Assembly: GCA_964527395.1 (NCBI GenBank)
Contig: CAZGQD010000002.1
Span: 24,245 to 88,244 of the forward strand
DNA from: an uncultured Methanosarcinales archaeon
GTDB lineage: Archaea; Nanobdellota; Nanobdellia; Woesearchaeales; GW2011-AR9
Reading direction: 5' to 3'
Length of the DNA stretch: 64,000 bases
Shown here: positions 10,345 through 17,544 of the stretch, one piece after another
Layout: every line of letters starts with the position of its first letter
How positions within the stretch are numbered: position 1 is the first letter of the stretch
Notes under the pieces: model-generated
Seen by the model: only the letters and a program-made list of their open reading frames with translations
What the model was told of the DNA's origin: nothing
Database searches by the model: none
Position numbers and translations under genes: made by a program

Positions 10345-10874
10345 GAATCCTTACTTAGCCTACTCTTCTTCTTATAATTCTCCAAGTGCAACCTAGCAGG
10401 CTCCGCCAAATCCATCCCATAGATCTCAGAAACCTCAACCCACCTAAGATCAGAAAACTTCTCAGGCTCAAGAATCTTAGCTTCACCAGACATGCTGCGA
10501 TTAGCAGCGTCTGAAAATGCAAAAACTGTGGTTTTTGCGTTTGGAAACAATGTTTCCATGAATTTTTCTAAATTTTCATGAACAACTAAACACTTAAACC
10601 CAAGACCAACCCAATGCTTCTCAGAATCAATAACCTCAATATACCCCAAACTCTCACCAACACTAACTTCAACTCCAACTTCCTCACGAATCTCTCGCTT
10701 CAAAGCCTCAATCAAATCCTCACCCTGTCCAACAGCCCCACCAACCAGATCCCATTTTCCATGGTTATCCCTAGCACCAACACTCCTCTTCAACATCAAA
10801 ACCCGATTATTAGAATCAAAAATCATTGCTCCAACTGCAAAACCAACATAGTCCTTTCCTTGCACTGCATTCAC
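10341..10874 (-). CDS. Nudix hydrolase
   Basis: Nudix box GGAVGQGEDLIEALKREIREEVGV (Gx5Ex7REUxEExGU). Confidence 0.8.
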   Translation of the reverse strand: MNAVQGKDYVGFAVGAMIFDSNNRVLMLKRSVGARDNHGKWDLVGGAVGQGEDLIEALKREIREEVGVEVSVGESLGYIEVIDSEKHWVGLGFKCLVVHENLEKFMETLFPNAKTTVFAFSDAANRSMSGEAKILEPEKFSDLRWVEVSEIYGMDLAEPARLHLENYKKKSRLSKDS

Positions 10875-10885
10875 TTAAGTCACCA

Positions 10886-11353
10886 TCACTCCAACTTACT
10901 AAGGACCTCAACAAACACCTTCTTCTGCTCAGGATACTCAGTAAGTAATCCAACAGCTCTATCATATGAAACCCACTGCCATTCTAGATGCCCATCACTT
11001 TTCGGTCCACCTATGTTCACATCACCTGAATCAGAAGTTACTTTAGCAGCTAAAGCCCTCAAATATATCTTAACAGGCTCACCTTCTCGCTGTGCAAAAT
11101 AAACTGATCTAACTACTTTATCTTTTGAAAGCTCACTTCCACGAATCCTAAGCCCAGTTTCTTCACGAACCTCTCTTCGAGCAGCCTCAATTACATCTTC
11201 TCCAGTTTCAATTCCTCCTTGCGGAAACTGCCAATAACCTTTTCGTGCATGTAACAATAAAAACTCACGATCACCAGAACTCAAAACCTTATACAAAATT
11301 ACTCTAACATTATACCTTTCTTTCATATATATCAACTCAATTAAATAAACCAT
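10886..11353 (-). CDS. Nudix hydrolase
   Basis: Nudix box GGIETGEDVIEAARREVREETGL. An alternative start MKERYNV at 11326 is possible, with a TATA-like GTTTATTTAA just upstream. Confidence 0.8.
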   Translation of the reverse strand: MVYLIELIYMKERYNVRVILYKVLSSGDREFLLLHARKGYWQFPQGGIETGEDVIEAARREVREETGLRIRGSELSKDKVVRSVYFAQREGEPVKIYLRALAAKVTSDSGDVNIGGPKSDGHLEWQWVSYDRAVGLLTEYPEQKKVFVEVLSKLE

Positions 11354-11364
11354 CTACCACATCA

Positions 11365-11587
11365 AAGAAATTAGTAGCGTCTCACTACTGGCAATGGTTG
11401 CTGCTAAGCAACCTACGAACACTTCGTGTGAGTATGTTATTCAACGAATAAACCAAACAACGAGCATTTTTGTTCATGAAATGGACAAAAATATAAAGCG
11501 AAGTGGTCACGCCTGCACTACTTGGTGAAGTATGAACCAAGTAACGAGAGCTTTGCTCGAACTTAAGTCTGACACTACTAATTTCTT
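11365..11587 (+). repeat. structured palindromic element, copy A (long form)
   Basis: Closing stem AAGAAATTAGTAGCGTC / GACACTACTAATTTCTT. Core blocks are ACTACTGGCAAT, AACAACGAGCATTTT, AAAGCGAAGTGGTCACGCCTGC and TAAGTCTGAC, plus internal hairpins. It starts 21 nt after the RSH stop codon. The strand given is the orientation of the consensus, not proven transcription. Confidence 0.8.
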
Positions 11588-11607
11588 GGGCTATCAACAT
11601 AAACCAT

Positions 11608-13500
11608 TCAAGTTCCCTCAAAATATACCTTTTTAACACCTTTTACTTTAAAAATGATTCCCAGCATTCTTGCCAATTCTTCATATTCTCTCGGAATTAC
11701 CACAAAACCACACTCTGTAAGCCCAGTCCCCACTACTTTTGCTTTTGCTTCTTTCACAGTAAACTTAGCACGCACAATTGTATTAAGTAAATCAGCAAGC
11801 AGCCCACTTCTCTCTCCAGCTACAACATTCAGCTGCAAAGGTTTACTAAAAGTCTCTTTCCAAGCTACTGGAATCCATCTATCTTTCATCTTAATAGCTT
11901 GTTTACAACCCTTCTCATTATGCACAGAGATCAGACGTTTCTTAGTAGCAACTCCAACTATAGAATCTCCTGGAATTGGTCTACAACATTTAGCAAGAAC
12001 ACAATGTGCATTTTCATAATCTGCTGCATAAGCAAGAGTATCATATACATCTGACACTGTCTTTTTAAACTGTTTATAATGCATTACTGGCAAATCACGA
12101 TACTGCTTTACCCCTTTACGAATCTTTTGCTTTGCCCGCGATGATTTCACAATTTTCAGCCAACTCAATCGAGGCTTTTGATTCTTAGATGTAACAACTT
12201 CAACTACATCTCCTTGAGACAATGAACTTCGCAGTGGCACAAACTTCCCATTTACTCTAGCTCCAACTGCTCTATTCCCTACCTGTTCATGTACAGAATA
12301 AGCAAAATCAAGTACACCTGATCCAACGGCTAGATACCGAACATCTCCTTTTGGTGTATACACATAAAATTCATCAGTAAACAAATCAACCTTAACATTT
12401 TCTAAAAACTCCTTACTACTGGCATCCTTTTGCAAATCAAGTACACCTTTTAACCAACCCATTCGCTTTTCAAATTTGATATCACTTTTGACACCTTTAT
12501 ATCTCCAGTGCGCAGCCAAACCTTCTTCAGCAAACTCATCCATTACTTCCGTACGTATTTGCACTTCAACAGGCTTCCCAGCAAGCAAAATCACTGTATG
12601 TATCGACTGGTATCCATTAGGTTTAGGGTTAGTGATATAATCCTTTAATCGACCAGAAACAGAATCATATTTCTCATGCAAATAACCTAGTACAACATAG
12701 CAATCATTCAAATCATTAACAATAACTCTAATCGCAAGGTGATCATATTGCTGACTCAAAGAGACCTTCTTTCCAACAGTTTTCTTATAAATAGAATACA
12801 AATGCTTAGGTCTACCTTTGATTTTCAAAATCTTCACTGGACAAGACAAAGACACTTCTTTCATCAACATATCAATAATATCTTGCCTCTCACTTTGCGA
12901 CTTTTCAACATACTTTTCTATTTGCGCATATCTCTTTGGCTGCAACACCAAAAACGCTTGATCTTCAAGTTGAACTTTAAGCTTCTCAACTCCTAAACGA
13001 TACGCTAGCGGTGCATAAACTAAAAGAACTTCTTCAGCAATCCTTTTTTGCTCATCAGCATCAAGTACATCTATATGCCTCAAATTATCCAGCTTAATAG
13101 CCAGTTTCACAAACAAAACTCTAGGATCCTTAAGTGTAGTAAGTAAAACCCGACGAAGTGCATCTGCTTGCAACTTATAGTTCTTCTTCTTAACTGACTT
13201 TATCGCATCTGACCCTTTAACCAAAGACAAAACATCTTTCCCAAACAAATCAAACACTTCACGCTCAGTACTATGCTTTAAAATACCATGCAAAAGCGTA
13301 GCCACCACCACTTCATATGATGCTCCAATAGATGCAACTGTTTCTGCAGCACGCAAATTATGATCATAATAACTATCCAAAGAAAGCCTCTTAACAGAAC
13401 CCAATACAGACTCAGAAAATTCACAAGCCTTTTTCAAAACACCTTGCTCTTTTTTAGAATACGAAGAAAACCAATCAAACCCCTTTACACTTGCCACCAT
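11608..13500 (-). CDS. long RelA/SpoT homologue, (p)ppGpp synthetase with degenerate hydrolase motif
   Basis: Synthetase blocks GRPKHLYSIYKK, DHLAIRVIV, NGYQSIHT, EVQIRT and AAHWRYKG. TGS block YVYTPKGDVRYL...GDVVEV, a CCRPIPGD zinc-finger block and a C-terminal ACT/RRM-like domain. The hydrolase HD motif reads LLHGILKHS instead of LLHDVvEDt. Confidence 0.9.
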   Translation of the reverse strand: MVASVKGFDWFSSYSKKEQGVLKKACEFSESVLGSVKRLSLDSYYDHNLRAAETVASIGASYEVVVATLLHGILKHSTEREVFDLFGKDVLSLVKGSDAIKSVKKKNYKLQADALRRVLLTTLKDPRVLFVKLAIKLDNLRHIDVLDADEQKRIAEEVLLVYAPLAYRLGVEKLKVQLEDQAFLVLQPKRYAQIEKYVEKSQSERQDIIDMLMKEVSLSCPVKILKIKGRPKHLYSIYKKTVGKKVSLSQQYDHLAIRVIVNDLNDCYVVLGYLHEKYDSVSGRLKDYITNPKPNGYQSIHTVILLAGKPVEVQIRTEVMDEFAEEGLAAHWRYKGVKSDIKFEKRMGWLKGVLDLQKDASSKEFLENVKVDLFTDEFYVYTPKGDVRYLAVGSGVLDFAYSVHEQVGNRAVGARVNGKFVPLRSSLSQGDVVEVVTSKNQKPRLSWLKIVKSSRAKQKIRKGVKQYRDLPVMHYKQFKKTVSDVYDTLAYAADYENAHCVLAKCCRPIPGDSIVGVATKKRLISVHNEKGCKQAIKMKDRWIPVAWKETFSKPLQLNVVAGERSGLLADLLNTIVRAKFTVKEAKAKVVGTGLTECGFVVIPREYEELARMLGIIFKVKGVKKVYFEGT

Positions 13501-13562
13501 AACAATAACAATATCTTAAGAGAATAAAAACTTTTGTAACCTATAATCCACATTTTTCCACT

Positions 13563-13616
13563 AATATTGTTCTACAAAAACCTCCAATAGTACAATAATC
13601 ATGAATATTGTACTAC
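13563..13616 (+). promoter_or_regulatory. three copies of an ATTGTWCTA-type motif upstream of second COG1373 ATPase gene
   Basis: AATATTGTTCTAC (13563), inverted ATTATTGTACTATT (rc of 13586-13599) and AATATTGTACTAC (13604). Confidence 0.35.
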
Positions 13617-13756
13617 AAACTCCAAAAAACCTTCAAAATCTCTTAGTTTCCAACAAAAAATACTCTCAAAAACACTAATTCATAATTAGTAAAAAAGGCC
13701 AAAAGTACTAATTACCAATGATAACCTTTATAAAGAAAAGCCCTTTTGAGACTATT

Positions 13757-15019
13757 ATGATTCAAAAAAACATCCTAAGACAGATAGTAAATAGACAAAA
13801 AAACATCAAATATCCTATTTCAAACCCTATTAAAAGAGAAATTGAAAATGAAGTACTAAAATATTTTAAAGATAATAGAATAATCATTATTACTGGCCTT
13901 AGACGTACTGGAAAATCCACTCTTTTAAGACAATTGATGCAAAAACAAGAAAATTATTGCTATTTCAACTTTGAAGAAGAAAAAATCTCAGATTTCAGAG
14001 CAGAAGATTTTGAAACTTTGAACGAAATTTTAATAGAAATCTACGGTGAATCAGACACATATTTCTTTGACGAAATCCAAAACGTTCCTAAATTTGAATT
14101 GTTTGTACGGCGCTTACAAGATCAAGGCAAAAAAATAGTCATAACTGGATCAAATGCTTCTCTTCTTAGTAAAGAATTAGGAACAAGATTAACTGGAAGA
14201 TACAAAGCCTTCGAATTATTCCCTTTTTCTTTTAAAGAATTTTTAACCTTCACAAAAAAAGACTTTCAAACAGAAGATTTATACGATACTAAAAAAATAG
14301 TCCAGCTAAAAAAATCATTCCAAAAATACCAAAAAACTGGCGGTCTACCTGGGTTTTTGCAACTAAAAGACCATGATTATGTAAAAACATTGCTTCAAAA
14401 CATTCTTTATAGAGATATAATCACCAGATACAAAATAAAAAAAGAAAAAACCATTATTGATTTAGTTATTCTTCTAACCAGCAACATATCAACATTATTT
14501 AGTTTTAATTCACTTAAAAAAACCCTTGGACTAGCTAATGCTATAACTGTAAAAGAATACATCTCATACCTATCAAACTCATACCTTTTCTTCCAATTGG
14601 AAAAACACGAATTTTCTCTAAAAAAGCAACTCATTGCTCAAAAAAAGATTTATTTAATTGATCCTATCTTTAAAATCACTTCTGGTTTTAATTTCTCAAA
14701 AAATGAAGGTAGAATTTTAGAAAACTTAGTTTTCCTACAACTTAAGAGACAAAAAAAAGAGATTTACTACCACAAAAATAAACATGAATGTGACTTTGTA
14801 ACAAAAAAAGGCTTAAAAATCACTGAAGCTATCCAAATCTGCCACATCTTAAATGAAAAAAACATGCAAAGAGAAATAAACGGTCTTTTAGAAGCTATGA
14901 AAGAACATAAACTAAAAACAGGCACCATCATAACCTTCGAACAAGAAGAAGAAATCATAAAAGAAAATAAAAAGATAAATGTTATTCCAATATACAAATA
15001 CCTCTTAAATAAAAAGTAA
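13757..15019 (+). CDS. AAA+ ATPase of the COG1373 / DUF4143 type (paralogue)
   Basis: Walker A ITGLRRTGKST, Walker B YFFDEIQ, C-terminal ECDFVT...AIQICH. The start at 13757 (MIQKNILRQIV) aligns with the paralogue's MNKEIIKQLV and lies 23-30 nt after TTTATAAA. The track ORF starts at 13718. Confidence 0.8.
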   Translation: MIQKNILRQIVNRQKNIKYPISNPIKREIENEVLKYFKDNRIIIITGLRRTGKSTLLRQLMQKQENYCYFNFEEEKISDFRAEDFETLNEILIEIYGESDTYFFDEIQNVPKFELFVRRLQDQGKKIVITGSNASLLSKELGTRLTGRYKAFELFPFSFKEFLTFTKKDFQTEDLYDTKKIVQLKKSFQKYQKTGGLPGFLQLKDHDYVKTLLQNILYRDIITRYKIKKEKTIIDLVILLTSNISTLFSFNSLKKTLGLANAITVKEYISYLSNSYLFFQLEKHEFSLKKQLIAQKKIYLIDPIFKITSGFNFSKNEGRILENLVFLQLKRQKKEIYYHKNKHECDFVTKKGLKITEAIQICHILNEKNMQREINGLLEAMKEHKLKTGTIITFEQEEEIIKENKKINVIPIYKYLLNKK

Positions 15020-15025
15020 AAATAA

Positions 15026-15256
15026 CCAAAACAACTGTATTTTCTTCAAAATCGTCCAAAACAAGCTCCTTTTCGTCTAAATCAACCAAAATAACCCTTA
15101 TTTCACCTAAATAGACATAAACAGCCTCCTTTTCGCCTGAATCAACCAAAACTAGCTCCTTTTGTTCCAAATAGACAAAAATGGCCTTCTTTTAAGCTAA
15201 AACAGCCAAAACAACCTTCTTTTCAAAAAATACGGCAAATATTGCTTTTAAAATAG
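15026..15256. repeat. tandem array, about 7.7 units of a degenerate 30-bp repeat
   Basis: Units start every 30 nt from 15026 (CCAAAACAACTGTATTTTCTTCAAAATCGT). The next four are CCAAAACAAGCTCCTTTTCGTCTAAATCAA, CCAAAATAACCCTTATTTCACCTAAATAGA, CATAAACAGCCTCCTTTTCGCCTGAATCAA and CCAAAACTAGCTCCTTTTGTTCCAAATAGA. The last ones are CAAAAATGGCCTTCTTTTAAGCTAAAACAG, CCAAAACAACCTTCTTTTCAAAAAATACGG and a partial unit. The array is contiguous, with no spacers. Confidence 0.85.
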
Positions 15257-15273
15257 AAAATAAAAGACTAATG

Positions 15274-16725
15274 TTACTTACATGTCAAAAAACCATCATC
15301 AGACTCTACACTTATATGTAAATGATTTGCATGTCCTCCTGTACTATCGCCAGTCCACAAATTCTTATCACATTTTAACTCATAATGCGATCCAGCCTTT
15401 GCATCATAAACATACTTTCCATCATCATCTTCCCTTAGAAATTCAGGACCAATTATATGCGCTTTTTCAACTCCACAAGCAGTTGCTATTTCTGCTAATT
15501 CACAAGCCTTACTTTCTTCACCAAAATCTACAGCAAGTGAATAATCATAAGATCCACACCCATAATGAGCTGAACCATGACTGTGAGCACACTTTGATTT
15601 TGACCAATCATCCCTACATTCTTCAAGACCTTCACTATCACTTAAACTAGATATTCTAGCAGCTGTTGGAGCCTGTGTTAAAGATGGATTTGCTTTAATA
15701 CCACCATCCATACATTTTAGTAAAGTTGCAAGTTCACTAGATACTTCTGATATTTGCCTATCGACTCCTGGATCAAAAGTCCACACATCCCCAATATCAG
15801 AAGAACTTTCTCCAGTTCCATAAATACCTTGGTCATCATAATGCTTATACCATCGACAATAAATATCTTCTTGAAGTTCTTCTGCATAGCTACATCCAGT
15901 TACAGCTGTTCCTGTATTATATACACAAAGTATACATTGCCACATTTTTTCTGGATCAGAATTAAAAGCATTACAATTCTTATATTTTCCACTTGTTGTA
16001 CCCATTGCATCACTATAAGCTCCAGCTAAAGTTTTTGCTGTACATTCAATTTGAGCTCTATCTGAATCAGCTGTTCCATCAGTAGGATGGTTACTACAAG
16101 AACCACTTGGCCATCCACATCCTGTCAAAGCACTCTTTGAATAACTACTTGTAGTACAACCATTATCATTTCCAAGTTGAGATTCAACTTGTGCAATAGC
16201 TCCTAATGCAGCAGGATCAATTCCTTTTTCCTCAGCAACATCCAATATAAGGTTCTTATATCTCTCATGAGATGTAGCAGTTCCTAACCATGCTAAATTA
16301 TCTAACCTTCCTGTCATTGTAGTAGTCAAACCACTTCCAGTATAACCTTCACACAAAATTTGTGGACCTAACAAATTCCCTGACCTAAAAGGAGTATCTC
16401 CACTATCATCCCCATCATCATAAGCATCACACTGGTCTGGATATTCTGAACAAAACTCTTTCCAATCTGAATCACGAAGTTCAGTGGAGCTAGGATCATA
16501 AATAGTTGTACTAGTTCTGCCAGAATTCAAAGAACCAACTTGACCCACCAAGCTAACCCACACCTTATCAATTTCAAGACAGATCTGAGTATTGTCACAT
16601 ACAATCCCTTCTACAACTTCTGCTCCTGTACTCTTTGTAAGGCTTGAATCTGCAGTAACCAAAACAAAGCTAAAGCTAACAAAAAGAAAAACTAAAAGCA
16701 CCAAAGCTATGTTTCTTTTCCTCAT
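15274..16725 (-). CDS. secreted cell-wall hydrolase-like protein: SLT (lytic transglycosylase)-like region + LAS-type (M23/M15-like) zinc peptidase motifs
   Basis: Sec signal MRKRNIALVLLVFLFVSFSFVLVTA. KGIDPAALGAIAQVESQ resembles SLT motif I with the catalytic Glu-Ser. C-terminal GSAHYGCGSYDYSLAVDF and STGGHANHLHISVE resemble the H..D and HxH zinc ligand blocks of LAS peptidases. Many Cys residues. Confidence 0.65.
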   Translation of the reverse strand: MRKRNIALVLLVFLFVSFSFVLVTADSSLTKSTGAEVVEGIVCDNTQICLEIDKVWVSLVGQVGSLNSGRTSTTIYDPSSTELRDSDWKEFCSEYPDQCDAYDDGDDSGDTPFRSGNLLGPQILCEGYTGSGLTTTMTGRLDNLAWLGTATSHERYKNLILDVAEEKGIDPAALGAIAQVESQLGNDNGCTTSSYSKSALTGCGWPSGSCSNHPTDGTADSDRAQIECTAKTLAGAYSDAMGTTSGKYKNCNAFNSDPEKMWQCILCVYNTGTAVTGCSYAEELQEDIYCRWYKHYDDQGIYGTGESSSDIGDVWTFDPGVDRQISEVSSELATLLKCMDGGIKANPSLTQAPTAARISSLSDSEGLEECRDDWSKSKCAHSHGSAHYGCGSYDYSLAVDFGEESKACELAEIATACGVEKAHIIGPEFLREDDDGKYVYDAKAGSHYELKCDKNLWTGDSTGGHANHLHISVESDDGFLTCK

Positions 16726-17300
16726 GGTAGCACCGTAACTGTATTTCTCAAAGCTGATTCTTTTGAAACAAGCGGATTCTTCATCACCAATTCCAAAGTA
16801 TAATCTCCAATCGGAGACTCATCTCCTAAAATAAAATAATCATGAAAATGCACCGTTTCTAAGCTCTCTTCTGTTCTTGCTTCATAAAGTACATCATCAG
16901 AATCATCTACTGATAACAAAAGTGACCCATCTGGTCCATACACTTGATAGTTTTCAAGCAGTTCAATTCTCCCATTCATAGCTGAACTAACCACTTCAAA
17001 GCTAAAATGCACTTCTTCTCCTAAATAAAATACATCCCGATCAACAGTACAAACTCCATCAAGTTCTTCAAGCCCACAAAATTTAAGGTTCTGCGTAACA
17101 AGCACCCCTCCAGATGATACTGGTATAAACTCCACATTAAGTAAACTCTCAGATCCACTAGCTCCAGAATCTCCCGTAGAACCTTCAACTGCAACCATCC
17201 CTGATGATACTAAAAAGAAAACTGTAGCAGACGTAAATACCACTAACACTAGTGCCGCCAGCGACTCAATCGCCAATCCTCCTTTCTTACCCATCACCAT
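16722..17300 (-). CDS. pilin-like secreted protein (class III signal-peptide-like N-terminus)
   Basis: MVMGKKGGLAIESLAALVLVVFTSATVFFLV has a basic-Gly motif followed by a hydrophobic helix. Its stop overlaps the start of 15274..16725 by 4 nt. The track start at 17321 is a GTG; ATG codons occur at 17300 and 17294. Confidence 0.55.
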   Translation of the reverse strand: MVMGKKGGLAIESLAALVLVVFTSATVFFLVSSGMVAVEGSTGDSGASGSESLLNVEFIPVSSGGVLVTQNLKFCGLEELDGVCTVDRDVFYLGEEVHFSFEVVSSAMNGRIELLENYQVYGPDGSLLLSVDDSDDVLYEARTEESLETVHFHDYFILGDESPIGDYTLELVMKNPLVSKESALRNTVTVLP

Positions 17301-17354
17301 AAACTCATCCTCATCAATCACAATATACTCTTAAAAAAGAGCACACCCCTCAAA

Positions 17355-17488
17355 GGAAATTAGCAGCGTCCCCTACTGGCAATTAAACTAAAAACAAGAA
17401 CACAACCTCAGCATTTTTCAAGCAACGACTTGAAAAATTAAAAGCGCCAAGGTTTGTACCTGCGATAAGTCTGACCCTGCTAATTTCC
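17355..17488 (+). repeat. structured palindromic element, copy B
   Basis: Closing stem GGAAATTAGCAGCGTC / GACCCTGCTAATTTCC, CTACTGGCAAT, hairpin TTTTTCAAG-CAACGA-CTTGAAAAA, TAAGTCTGAC. It begins 57 nt after the stop of the 1948-aa gene. Confidence 0.8.
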
Positions 17489-17544
17489 TGGGAATTAAAT
17501 TAATCTATACTTTTATCTTCACCAATATAATCTTCTTTTCCTAT

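Noticed and set aside
11365-11587. Palindromic elements as tRNA, split-tRNA, C/D-box sRNA or small self-cleaving ribozyme genes
   Set aside because: On either strand I found no D-arm or T-arm (GGTTCRANYC) pattern, and no acceptor/anticodon geometry. There is no RUGAUGA C box paired with the CUGA, and no CUGAUGA...GAAA hammerhead core. Sizes of 119-223 nt with variable hairpin insertions also do not fit.
15026-15256. Possible CRISPR array (regular 30-bp periodicity)
   Set aside because: The units are contiguous and degenerate, with no unique spacers between repeats, and no cas genes are nearby. It is a simple tandem repeat.
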